A stretch of 64,000 nt of DNA from Malacoraja senta (lineage: Eukaryota): contig CM075993.1 of assembly GCA_038087875.1 (NCBI GenBank), positions 9,736,001-9,800,000 of the forward strand, read 5' to 3'. Under the pieces are notes generated by a model, which saw only the letters and a list, made by a program, of their open reading frames with translations, did not search any database and was not told the DNA's origin. This document shows, in pieces, positions 1-12,137 of this stretch. The first letter of the stretch is position 1. The number at the start of each line of letters is the position of its first letter. The position numbers were made by a program, and so were the translations under genes.

Positions 1-297
1 AAACACTGGCGGAGTTTTGCACAAACATCTCTACTGCTGCATCAACAACTGCACCCAGCGGTGGGCTGCAAATCAGCATGATAGTACAAGGGGAGGAACG
101 GCAGTTGAAAAATAAATGCTGAAGATACTCATTTTTGGACAGAATTTATGTTTTCTCAGGCTTTTCTGTTTCAATGTCAGATATGCTAGGTTTTAATTCA
201 TTCTCATCCTATTCCTTCTTTTCAACTGGCACATTAATTCTTCATTTCACTTGCATTGCTCCCGTTCTACAAAACTGCTCTAATAAATCTTGGGCAA

Positions 298-510
298 AAC
301 ACAAAGTGCTGGAGAAACTCAGCGGGTCAGACAGATTCTATTTAGGCAGCAGACCGGCGATGTTTTGGGTTGGAACCCTTCTTCAGAAGTCTGAAGAAGA
401 GTCCCAAATCAAAACATCTATCCATCCCCATCACAGATGCTGCCCAACCTGCTGAGTTCCTCCGGTACTTTGCTTTGAGCAACATTCCAGGATCTTCAGT
501 CTCTTGTTTC
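298..510. mobile_element. Inverted pair of Penelope pLTR-derived short elements (degenerate hammerhead core)
   Basis: A minus copy (acaaagtgctggagaaactcagcggg...cccttcttcag) is followed by a plus copy (gtctgaagaagag...gatgctgcccaacctgctgagttcctcc). Confidence 0.75.
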
Positions 511-814
511 TAAATACAGCTTGGTGCAAGGCCAAGAAACACCTAAGTAATTCTCTATAAAACATACTTTGCAGCCTTGGCACAGTTACATTAGCTTATA
601 TCTGGACCCAATTACTTCATACTCCCCAATTCTCTCAACCAGAATGCATTGAAATTAAGTTTACATCCAACATACCAATGACAGGGGAAGTATTCCCACA
701 CTGCCTGAAGGGGTTCCCCTTCTGAAGGGTGGATCAGCCTTTACTCCAGTTTTAATGCTGTGTACGTCCACTGCTAACACCATCCCAACCCAGGCCCCGC
801 TTACAAATTGCATC

Positions 815-1010
815 TTGTTACATTCTGTCCTGCCCCCACCTCTCTTCCAGCTTTCCTCCACTCCACCACAATCAGTTTGAAGAAGGGTTCTGACCAAAAG
901 GTCACCTATCCATGTTTTCCAGAGATGCTGCCTGACCCACTGAGTTGCTCCAGCACTCTGTGTCCTTTTGGGTCTCTTTTTGTAAACCAGCACGTGCAGT
1001 GCCTTGTATC
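815..1010 (+). mobile_element. Penelope pLTR fragment
   Basis: Pyrimidine-rich leader, then cagtttgaagaagggttctgacc...gtcacctatccatg...ccagagatgctgcctgacccactgagtt. Confidence 0.7.
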
Positions 1011-1096
1011 GACATCTTGTTTCTTATCTCTCTTACCACCTCATTTTGCCTTGCTTCTATCATGTAATCACACCTGCCATCCACCTTGCACCTCAG

Positions 1097-2112
1097 AGTC
1101 ATAGAGTCAGAGTGATAGAGTGTGGAAAACAGGCCCTTCAGCCCAACTTGCCCACACAGCTAACATGTCCCAGCTACACTAGTCCCACCTGCCTGCGCTT
1201 GGTCCATATCCCTCCAAACCTGTCCTATGTACCTGTCTAACTGTATCTTATCAAAAAATGCCTTTAGAAATTTCCTTGCAACCTGTATATTTTGTTGTGG
1301 ATAAATTATGTGGGAAGCGAGAGTGTTTATGTACCAATGGCAATAACGACCCATGCTATGGCCATGTCATGATAATTTTCGGTCCTTCACAGAAAACATG
1401 CTTGCATCAATCTGTAGTTGCATGGTTAAGCATTTGTGTTGCCATGGTCCAGGATTTATTGACACAGGTTGATCATACGCTGAATAATCCAACCACATTT
1501 TTGTTTGGAAGTGGAAAGAAATAATAGAAATTGCATTCATTGCAACGTGTAAAAAGAGTTTGAGATACTGTATTATAATTTTGCTGCATGTCATTGTGGT
1601 AGATATCATGTCTTGATTGGTGAATGTTTAGTTTGTGACTTTATTTGAAGCAGAAATAATATGTGAATGCTTCATTGAGCATAATTTTGACTGGTAACTA
1701 TGCACTTCGGCCGAGCACATTATCGCACGCGTCATGCAAGCCGTCTTAAATGACCACCTAAACTGTCATTTGGCAACCTAAAAAGCTGCCTAGGTTGCTC
1801 GGCTGACAACAGAGAAAAAAGTTAAGTGAGAGCCCTGTTTTCCCCTTCACCTCGAACCTATGTCCTCTGGTCCTCGATTCTCCTAATCTGGGCAAGAGAC
1901 TCTGATTCCTCATGATTTTATACAACTCTATAAGATTACTCCTCATCCTCCTGAACTCCAAGGAATAGAGACCCAGCCTACTCAGCCTTTCCCTATAGCT
2001 CACACCCTCTAGTCCTGGCAACATCTTCTCTAAACCCTTTCAAGCTTGACAATATCTTTCCTATAACATGGTGCCCAGAAATGAACACAATATTCTAAAT
2101 GCAGTCTCACCC
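1097..2112 (-). mobile_element. CR1 LINE 3' fragment, interrupted at about 1251-1837 by a DNA-transposon-like segment
   Basis: ORF 1758-2024 reads [19 protein letters not shown] (CR1 ORF2 C-terminus). The 3' UTR lies at 1097-1250. The interrupting segment ends in gagagccctg, a hAT-like TIR with no partner found. Confidence 0.75.
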
Positions 2113-2764
2113 ACTGCTGTCTCACCTCGTTTCTTTTCCTGCGAAGGAAATAGGCAACGTTCTTCAGAGTGAAGGACGGTCTCGATCTGAAACGTCGCCC
2201 ATTTCCTTCGCTCCATAGATGCTGCCTCGCCCGCTGAGTTTCTCCAGCATTTTGTCTCCCTTCGATTTCCAGCATCTGCAGTTCCATCTTAAACAACTGT
2301 TTCTTTCCTACTCCCTTTTACTTAGCTCCACACAGGCTGTAAAACCTTTCATCTTGAGCTGCTAATTCTTTGAAAGGTGGTTACTCAGAAAATTCCCACT
2401 CCACAGATGCTAGAGTGTTAAAATATTTTTCTGCAAACCTTCAAATGCAAACCCTATGCTTGCCTTATAATGCTAACAAGCTCTTTATAAAAATAATTTA
2501 AAGACACATAATCTATTTTTGTCTTTCTTTTGCAAAGCTGTCCTCAAAGAGGTTGCTTATTTTTATTTTCAATCATCTGGTGTTGACACCTGGCTTCAAG
2601 AGTAGCATTAACATAAAAATAGATCAGATTACAAAAAGCAGTGCGAGTCCGCGAGTCCCCAATCTAATTTGCTCCTGTATAACGCTGGAATATGCCCCAC
2701 AGTTTGGAAGATCTGTTTTTGTCCATTCCATTTATTTTCATCTTGTCCAGTAATCAGTACTGAT

Positions 2765-3025
2765 TTTTAGATTTTAGAGATTCGGCACGGATTCAGGCCT
2801 TTCGGCCCACCGCGTCCATGGCCACCAGTGATCACCCCATAAACTAACACTATCCTGCACACTGGGGCCAATTTTTATCATTTTACCAAGCCAATTAATC
2901 TACAAACCTATACGTCTCTGGAGTGTGGGAGGAAACCAGAACACCCGGCCACAGGGAGAACGTGCAAACTCCGCACCCGTGGTCAGGATTGAATCCAGGT
3001 CTCTGGCGCTGTAAAGCAGTACCTC
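2765..3025 (-). mobile_element. HE1/V-SINE (tRNA-derived SINE with CR1-like tail)
   Basis: V-domain-like gtgggaggaaacc...cacagggagaacgtgcaaactcc and B-box-like ggattgaatcc. It is homologous to 55549-55880. Confidence 0.8.
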
Positions 3026-3028
3026 TGA

Positions 3029-4835
3029 AGGGCCTGTCCCACTTGGGCGACATTTGGGCGACTGCGAAGAGTCAGTGACTGACGCCCGTAAAACCGTCAA
3101 GTTGCACGACATACATGCTGACGTATGCTGTCATGAGGGTGACGCCCGGTTAGGGTTGAGGCTGTAAAATATTCTTCCTTCAATGCATGGATTTTAAACA
3201 TTAATATATTAAATTTAATACAATAAAATCAATTGTGCAAATGAAAAGATGTGCGAGTCGTTCCGTTTTATTTATAAATGTATTGGACCTCTTCCAATTC
3301 CGATCACCAGGGATGGATTCAGTGAGTGTAGACTGAACTCCCCTCTCCCCCCCATCCACCCCCATCTCTCCTTCTCCCCTCCCCTTCCCCTCCCCCCTCT
3401 TCCTCCTATCAGGGTAAAGTGGGGGGGGGGGATTGGAGAATGGGAGAAGGGAGGAAGAGGGGGAGAAGGGGATGTGAGGGGAGCGGATAGCGGATAAGGG
3501 GGAGAAGAGTGGAGCGGGGAGAAGGGAGGAGAGGAGGATGTCCCCCATTTGTAGACCCAGCCTGTAACAGCTAGATCCCACTAACATAGAAACATAGAAA
3601 ATAGGTGCAGGAGTAGGCCATTCGGCCCTTCGAGCCGGCATCGCCATTCAATATGATCATGACTGATCATCCAACTCAGTATCCTGTACCTGCCTTCTCT
3701 CCATACACCCTGATCACTTTAGCCACAAGGGCCACATCTAACTCCCTCTTAAATATAGCCAATGAACTGGCCTCAACTACCTTCTGTGGCAGAGAATTCC
3801 AGAGATTGACCACTCGCTGTGTGAAATATGTTTTTCTCATCTCAGTCCTAAAAGATTTCCCCCTTATCCTTAAACTGTGACCCCTTGTTCTGGACTTCCC
3901 CAACATCGGGAACAATCTTCCTGCATCTAGCCCGTCCAACCCCTTAAGAATTTTGTAAGTTTCTATAAGATCCCCCCAGTTTCTATAAGATCCCCCTTAT
4001 ATAAGATATAAGATCTAACAACTCATGGCCAACAGTTTAGTTCCCATGAGGAGCAGACGGAAGTTAGGGTTAGGGCTAGGGTTTCCTCCCGCCCTCCAAA
4101 GGCACACAGGTTTGTATAAATTGTCCGTAGCGTGTGTGGCATAGTGTGTGGGGCATCACTGGTCGCAGGCTGGGTCCACAAACAGGGGGGGGGGGGGCAT
4201 CGGGTAAAGTGGGGGGTGGCGGGGAAGGGAGAGGGGGAGAAGGGTATGTGTGGGGAGGGCGGTTAGTGGATACGGGGGAGAAGAGTGCAGCGGGGAGAAA
4301 GGAGGAAGGGAGGGAGGGAAGAAGTGGGGAGGAGAGGGGAGGGGGAGTGGAGAAGGAGGAATGGGGGCGAGAGGGGGGGAAGAGGGGAGAGGGGAGTTCA
4401 GTCCACCCTCACTGAATCCATCCCTGTGAAAAGAGAGTGATCGGATCTGGAAGCGGACCAATACATCTATAAATAAAACTGAACGATTCAGATATCTTTT
4501 CATTTACACAATTGATTTTATAGTATCAATTTTATTATATTAATATTTAAAATCCATGCATTGAAGGAAGAATATTTTACATCCCATCTGTGGTCCCTGA
4601 CCCCAACCCTATCCCTAACCGGGCGTCACCCACAGGACAGCATACGTCAGCGTGTGACAGGGCGCACGACATGAGACACCAAAATGTCGCCCCAGGATTT
4701 TGAACATTCCACAATCCTGGGGCGAAAGGGAAGCACCGCACGTCACTGTATGCGTCACTACGCCTCACCACGCGACAACCTCTTTTTCGGCTGTCACCTA
4801 AATGTCGCCCAAATGACGGCCAAATGACAGGCCCT
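3029..4835. mobile_element. Harbinger/PIF-type non-autonomous foldback element with long internal inverted repeats
   Basis: Termini agggcctgtc / gacaggccct, flanked by TGA/TAA. The segment at about 3160-3400 is the reverse complement of about 4340-4580. Confidence 0.7.
3583..3978 (-). mobile_element. Young CR1 3' fragment with (TTTCTATG)n tail, nested in the foldback element
   Basis: Near identical to the reverse complement of about 57660-58052. ORF reads DAGRLFPMLGKSRTRGHSLRIRG. Confidence 0.9.
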
Positions 4836-5364
4836 TAACACTGCACCTCCCTGTTCGAACAGGTGAAATACAAAGAAAAAATAATCAAATATTCACATTA
4901 TCATCTTTGGAAATATGTTAGTTTTCCCTTCAGTCTTATTTGCTCCAAAGGAATCAACCACAGCCTAGACAATGCTCTCCTCACATCCATTATTCACCAG
5001 CCATGACAACACTCAAATTGTGACCCTCTCCATTGCTTTCACATCCTTCAGTAGCAAGGTGAACCAAACTGTACTAGTATTTTGCCATTGGTCTTATGGG
5101 CATTTTCACAGTTCAACCATTACCTGGTCTTGTATTCCATGCCTATTGAATCATCATATGCAAATGTACTGTATCTTCAGGAATTTGGGAAACGAACCCC
5201 AGTCTGATGAAGAGCCCCAACCTGAAATGAGTTCTACCTAACCCTACAGATGCGACCTGACCCACTGAGTTCCTCCAGCAGTTTATTTTTTCCTCAAGAT
5301 TCCAGCATCTGCCGTCTATTGTCTCTCAAGATGCTTCTCTTTCCCCATGTAAGATTTAGCAGCA

Positions 5365-5712
5365 GCATTAGGCCATTTGGCCCATCAAGTCTACTCCGTC
5401 ATTCAATCATGGCTGATCTATCTTTCCCTCTCAATCCCATTCTCTTGCCTTCTACCCATAACCCCTGACACCTGCACTGTTCAAGAATCTGTAAATCTCC
5501 GGCATAAAAATATCCATTGACGTGGCCTCCACAACCTTCTGTGGCAATGAACTCCGCAGATTTACCACCCTCAGACTAAAACAAATCAACCTCATCTCCT
5601 TTCTAAAGGTGCATCCTTTTATTCTGATGCTATGACCTGTGGTGCTAGACTCTCCCATTAGTGGATACATCCTCTCCACATCTACTCCATCCAGGCCTTT
5701 CACCATTTCACA
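5365..5712 (-). mobile_element. CR1 3' fragment
   Basis: ORF 5452-5730 reads VKGLDGVDVERMYPLMGESSTTGHSIRIKG. Confidence 0.8.
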
Positions 5713-7238
5713 GTAGCCCCCATAACACATGTAATACCTTGCTCTGCTCTCCAGAAATACATCTAGTCACATTCTCACACTGGATTAATTTGCATTTTGT
5801 TATTTAAAAAATCCAGTAATAATCTTCCTGTGGGGAAATGCAGCAGTCAGGAGCTTGTAAGTGAAACAATGGGAATAATTATTCATCAGTTTTGAGGCTA
5901 AAGTTGAATGTTTGACAGGGAGCAAGGTACGGCAGGGAACCACAACAACAATACGCGTGGGATCGATGTATATTGACAGAAAATGTGCAAATTGTGCTGG
6001 AACCGACAGTACAGAAAAATTGGGGTCCAAATGAAAATGCATTTGCTGGAAATCAGAAACAAGAACAGAAAGCGGCAGACATTTCAGCAGTATTTGTGAA
6101 TAAAATTAGTCTTTTCATTTCAGGTCTTCTTTTCATCAGAAAAATAACTGCAATATTGTACTCGCATTAATGAACTGATTTTTTCCCATGCTTTTTGCTT
6201 TAAAAATAATACGTGGAATCCTGACGTGAAAATGTACTCAGACTGAAGGGCCTTGACCCAAAACATAACCTATCCATGGTCTCCAGAGATGCTTGCTGAC
6301 CTGCTGAGTTACTCTAGCACTTTGTGTCCTTTTGTATATTAACCAGTATCTGCAGTTCTTTGATTCTACATAAAGGTCAGAGCATGAAATTCAGTTGTTA
6401 GAACTAAACTCTTGCTTACTTCACTTTTTTCTGGCAAGTTTACTAAACACATTTCCTAGCTTTTGACAGCCAGCTGACAAGATAAGATGAGGCTGTACGG
6501 CCCAGCCGCTGCAGGGGCTTCCTCTATGCAGAGGCAGAAAGCATCCCAGAAGCTATCTGCGGTTAGGCTGTCCAAACATAGTCAGGGTTAGTTTGCAAAT
6601 TTGATAAATAAAATGTGGAAATATACACAAATGGCGTCATTCCGCAGCTGGAACAATTAGTGTTTCTGAATGGAAAATATTTTTATTTTGACTAGTGTAT
6701 AAATTGCAATGGAGGCAGAATTATTTGTCCTTCAACTGAAGCAATTCTCCAACTTAGCCTTGGAGGTTCATTTTGAACTGTGATACTATATAGTTGTTCG
6801 ATAACCTCTCTATTCAGATTATTTTTTTTGTCTTTGCTTGCACTGTTTACTGTAAACATGTTTGCATTTCTTCCACAGATGGGATTATATACTTTGCCCA
6901 CTAATCAAAGTGAAAGGTTCATCTGTTTTGAAAATATACAATTTCAGTAACTCCAAGTGTTATTAGCAGGGAGGTGTCAATAATTTAAAAAATACATTTC
7001 CCTGTCAAACCTTGTTGATTCCCTTATGTTGAATTGCTCATTCAAAAGAAGCCTATTCTCCCACATTCAGATATCCATTATTTCTCTGGATAAATCCCAT
7101 CTGGTCTATAATCCCATCAAGATCCACCATGGAAATAGAAGAGGCCATCTGTAAATTGCTCCTGATAACGACGGCTTCATTCCTTATGCTTTCTTGAATA
7201 CCATGAAAAGGACAACCAAACCCCTGAAATTAGGGTTA

Positions 7239-7749
7239 AGGGGCTGTCCCACTGGGGCGACCTAATCTGCGAGTTCAGACGTGTTTGCCCTCGACTCATA
7301 CTCGCAGCACGATCGACACGAGGTCCGAGGAGGTCTTTGTAACTCTCCTTCATGCTCGACAGTAGTCCCCACGTCCTCGAGGCCTCAGCTAGGTCACGGT
7401 GTATTTTTCAACCTGTTGAAAATTGCCCGCGAGTAAAAAAAGGTCGCCATGGAAAAAATCTATACTTTTTTTACTCGTAGGTTTAGTCCAAGTAGGTCGT
7501 AGTGGGCCGGCATGTTATTCGTAGGTAATCGAGGGTAATCGAAGGTAGTCGTAGATAGTCTTCAACATAGTCGAAGGGAGGTCGAAGGAGATCGTCTTCA
7601 CTCTCCACTATTCGGTGTCCAATTTTCCCGAAGCCAGTCGAAGATAGTCTTCAACATAGTCAAAGGAGGTCTTCAACATGACATTTTTTTCAAACTCTCC
7701 TAAACTCTTCTATACTTGCCAATTAGGTCACCGTAGTGGGACAGCCCCT
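7239..7749. mobile_element. Harbinger/PIF-type MITE
   Basis: TIRs aggggctgtcccact / agtgggacagcccct, with a TTA target-site duplication on both sides. Confidence 0.85.
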
Positions 7750-8319
7750 TTAAGGTTTGAATTTTCAGCCATTGAAATTTGTCAAAGCTACAATAGGGAT
7801 GAACAACTTATTTAAAATCCAAATTACTCTAATTCCACTCTAATTTCCCTCATACAAGTCCTTCTCTTATAATGAAAGCAGAAAGTACTCAACAGATCAG
7901 TCAGCATGTGTGGAGACGGAAGTAAAGTCAATGTTCCAGGCTAAGGACCCTTCAAAACCAGGACATATTTAGAATTGGAGAAAAGGGAAAGAAGTGCAGA
8001 GAAAAAAAAGACAATGTCTCTTACAAGATGATGATAAAGTTAGGTTATCTCACTAGAAGCAATGCAAATAGATAGATGAATGTGAACAGAGGGAACAAAT
8101 CTACTATGCAATACAAATAAATGCAGTAGCTGAAATAAATATTTTAAATATTCGTCAGTCAACATAAACAAAGAGGCAGAAAATGAGAGAACATTACAAG
8201 TTGATGATGCATCATCAGAATTGGTGATTTGTGACAAACTGGAAAGGCTGGTTTTCTGGAGAAAAAAAATCCAGTATTGAATCCTGAGACGTGTAGTGTG
8301 CCTAGTTGGAACTGGTCCT

Positions 8320-8418
8320 CGAGTCTGAAGAAGGGTCTCGACCCGAAACGTCACTTATTCCCTCTATCCAGAGATGCTGCCTGTCCTGCTGAGTTGCCAG
8401 CATTTTGTGCCTACCTTT
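8320..8418 (+). mobile_element. Short pLTR-derived insertion with intact minimal hammerhead motif
   Basis: gtCTGAAGAagggtctcgacccGAAACGTCac, flanked by the direct repeat tggtcctc. Confidence 0.8.
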
Positions 8419-9398
8419 GGTCCTCAAGCTTATGTTGATTTGTTGGAATCTTGCTGGAAGTCCAAGCCAGAGGTCAGATTTGGAGCAGGATGGAGAATTA
8501 AAGTGACAAGTAACTGAGAAATCTGTCTGGTCTAGAAGTGGCGCTGTCTCAAAATGCCAGCCCTAACATCAAGGATGATCATCATTAGGAAGAAGGTATA
8601 AGAGCCGGAAAACTGTAATGTCCAGGATCCAGAACAGCTTCTTCCCAAAAACCATCACACTACTGAACACTACAAACTCCAACCAAACTCTGAACTACAA
8701 ACTGCCTGGGTCACACTATATTGTTTATTTTTTTAATTCAACCTTTTGTTTGTTTATTATATTACCTGTTGAGTACTGTGTTTACAAACCTGTTATGCTA
8801 CAAGTAAGAATTTCATTGTTCCATTTAATACATTTGACAATAAAACACTCTTGACTCTTGATCTCTCTCACAGACTGAGTGGAAATATTCTGCTTTTTGC
8901 TTTCCTCCTTTTGATTTCAAAAGGCTTTCATTTCAATCCACTTTTACTCAGAGTAATGCAAAGTTTCTGCAAACAGCAACTAAAGCTGATGCCAAAGTAT
9001 GGACAGCAAATTGCTACACATGGCGGACGGAGGCAGGAAATCTACTTTGAGCTGGAAACCTTCTTCACCTCAGCTGGGACCACAATCAAGCACTGGCCTA
9101 GACTGCGTGCTTGATGTGAATCTACAACACACCCAAAAGCAGCAAAAGTGCTATCACTGAGCAAGGCTGCCACCCAAATTTAATTCACGTTAAAATTAGC
9201 CAAATTCATCTTTTAATTTCTTCCTCCTGCTGCTTTCCATCATTAGCTCCAAAGTAATGGCAAATGCCTGCAATATGCCAAACTCATGGCCAAACACAAT
9301 GCAGGGCCAATGAATAAGCTCAACCATCTGGTGCTCTGAAACACTAACTGTGATGGATGTACAAATGGTTCAGAAATACAGAACGCTCCAATGACTAA

Positions 9399-9605
9399 AG
9401 GGCCTGTCCCACTTGGGCGTCATTTGCACGTAATTTCCGCGACATCATTTACGACGCGCGCATGGTGCGCATTACCCGCGCATGGTGAGTGGTGACGTCA
9501 GCAGTGACGCGCAGTTGCGCGCGGCGCCCCAGGATTTTGGGATGTACAAAACCTTTGCGCGCCATCTGCGTGACGCACAAATGACGCCCAAGTGGGACAG
9601 GCCCT
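9399..9605. mobile_element. Harbinger/PIF-type palindromic MITE
   Basis: Long TIRs agggcctgtcccacttgggcgtcatttg / caaatgacgcccaagtgggacaggccct, with TAA/TTA flanks. Confidence 0.85.
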
Positions 9606-9995
9606 TTATTCTCCAACTGTAATAAAAGTCGACAGGAATGCAGAAATAGAGCGCAGCGGGAACAATTAGCAAACTCATTTGAATCCTTTTTCCAACTCAT
9701 TTTTCTCTCAGTTCCATATTTGTTTCATTTTCATTGAATTTCATCTAATCTAAAAGAGTTCCGTCCTGAAACATTGCCTATCCATGTCCTCCAGAGATGA
9801 TGCTTGACCCACTGAGCAGTGCTTTACTTTACTCAAGAATCCATGCTTCACTTAATCATTACTAGGTATTTCAACAAAATCAGTAATTGTTCTTTGTGAA
9901 TTATTAGCAATCGAAAAATTATTTGTTTCCAAATGAATGCTGTATCGAATGGTATGTTGTGCAATTCATTAATCACAAATGTGCAGAAAAGCTGC

Positions 9996-12137
9996 TGCCT
10001 ACTTTGAAGAAGTTCTCCTCCTCTCTCCGGAGACTGTTCCACACCCAACTCGCTAACTGCCCCATCTCTGTGCCGCCCCTCCCCCAGCCCTCGGGCTCCT
10101 CCTCCTCCTTTTCCTTTTTTCCTTTCTTCTCCCCACCCCCTATCAGTCTGAAGAAGGGTTTCGGCCCGAAACGTTACCTATTTCCTTCGCTCCATAGATG
10201 CTGCTGCACCCGCTGAGTTTCTCCAGCATTTTTGTGTACCTTCGATTTTCCAGCATCTGCAGTTCCTTCTTTAACACTTTGTCTACTCCACTGCGAAATC
10301 TCGTCAAGGTATGCCTACTTTGAAGAAGTTCTCCTCCTCTCTCCGGAGACTGTTCCACACCCAACTCGCTAACTGCCCCATCTCTGTGCCGCCCCTCCCC
10401 CAGCCCTCGGGCTCCTCCTCCTCCTTTTCCTTTTTTCCTTTCTTCTCCCCACCCCCTATCAGTCTGAAGAAGGGTTTCGGCCCGAAACGTTACCTATTTC
10501 CTTCGCTCCATAGATGCTGCTGCACCCGCTGAGTTTCTCCAGCATTTTTGTGTACCTTCGATTTTCCAGCATCTGCAGTTCCTTCTTTAACACTTTGTCT
10601 ACTCCACTGCGAAATCTCGTCAAGGTATGCCTACTTTGAAGAAGTTCTCCTCCTCTCTCCGGAGACTGTTCCACACCCAACTCGCTAACTGCCCCATCTC
10701 TGTGCCGCCCCTCCCCCAGCCCTCGGGCTCCTCCTCCTCCTTTTCCTTTTTTCCTTTCTTCTCCCCACCCCCTATCAGTCTGAAGAAGGGTTTCGGCCCG
10801 AAACGTTACCTATTTCCTTCGCTCCATAGATGCTGCTGCACCCGCTGAGTTTCTCCAGCATTTTTGTGTACCTTCGATTTTCCAGCATCTGCAGTTCCTT
10901 CTTTAACACTTTGTCTACTCCACTGCGAAATCTCGTCAAGGTATGCCTACTTTGAAGAAGTTCTCCTCCTCTCTCCGGAGACTGTTCCACACCCAACTCG
11001 CTAACTGCCCCATCTCTGTGCCGCCCCTCCCCCAGCCCTCGGGCTCCTCCTCCTCCTTTTCCTTTTTTCCTTTCTTCTCCCCACCCCCTATCAGTCTGAA
11101 GAAGGGTTTCGGCCCGAAACGTTACCTATTTCCTTCGCTCCATAGATGCTGCTGCACCCGCTGAGTTTCTCCAGCATTTTTGTGTACCTTCGATTTTCCA
11201 GCATCTGCAGTTCCTTCTTTAACACTTTGTCTACTCCACTGCGAAATCTCGTCAAGGTATGCCTACTTTGAAGAAGTTCTCCTCCTCTCTCCGGAGACTG
11301 TTCCACACCCAACTCGCTAACTGCCCCATCTCTGTGCCGCCCCTCCCCCAGCCCTCGGGCTCCTCCTCCTCCTTTTCCTTTTTTCCTTTCTTCTCCCCAC
11401 CCCCTATCAGTCTGAAGAAGGGTTTCGGCCCGAAACGTTACCTATTTCCTTCGCTCCATAGATGCTGCTGCACCCGCTGAGTTTCTCCAGCATTTTTGTG
11501 TACCTTCGATTTTCCAGCATCTGCAGTTCCTTCTTTAACACTTTGTCTACTCCACTGCGAAATCTCGTCAAGGTATGCCTACTTTGAAGAAGTTCTCCTC
11601 CTCTCTCCGGAGACTGTTCCACACCCAACTCGCTAACTGCCCCATCTCTGTGCCGCCCCTCCCCCAGCCCTCGGGCTCCTCCTCCTCCTTTTCCTTTTTT
11701 CCTTTCTTCTCCCCACCCCCTATCAGTCTGAAGAAGGGTTTCGGCCCGAAACGTTACCTATTTCCTTCGCTCCATAGATGCTGCTGCACCCGCTGAGTTT
11801 CTCCAGCATTTTTGTGTACCTTCGATTTTCCAGCATCTGCAGTTCCTTCTTTAACACTTTGTCTACTCCACTGCGAAATCTCGTCAAGGTATGCCTACTT
11901 TGAAGAAGTTCTCCTCCTCTCTCCGGAGACTGTTCCACACCCAACTCGCTAACTGCCCCATCTCTGTGCCGCCCCTCCCCCAGCCCTCGGGCTCCTCCTC
12001 CTCCTTTTCCTTTTTTCCTTTCTTCTCCCCACCCCCTATCAGTCTGAAGAAGGGTTTCGGCCCGAAACGTTACCTATTTCCTTCGCTCCATAGATGCTGC
12101 TGCACCCGCTGAGTTTCTCCAGCATTTTTGTGTACCT
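9996..12137 (+). repeat. Tandem array of 316-bp units (about 6.8 copies), each with a minimal type I hammerhead ribozyme motif; retrozyme-like / tandem Penelope pLTR
   Basis: Exact 316-nt periodicity, also visible in the ORF track. The motif gtCTGAAGAa-gggt-ttcg-gccc-GAAAC-GTT-ac starts at 10148, 10464, 10780, 11096, 11412, 11728 and 12044. Confidence 0.9.

Noticed and set aside
661..810. Possible minus-strand exon ending at a ttg|gtatgt donor
   Set aside because: There is no convincing acceptor or recognisable peptide, and the ORF begins within a pLTR repeat.
3201..4503. Gly- and Pro-rich ORFs
   Set aside because: They are translations of low-complexity G/C tracts inside the foldback element.
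9996..12137. CRISPR array, or a multi-copy gene for the repeated 73-aa ORFs
   Set aside because: The units are identical with no unique spacers, the context is eukaryotic and there are no cas genes. The ORFs run through low-complexity pLTR sequence on both strands, and 316 is not a multiple of 3 with stops present, so there is no endless circular ORF.
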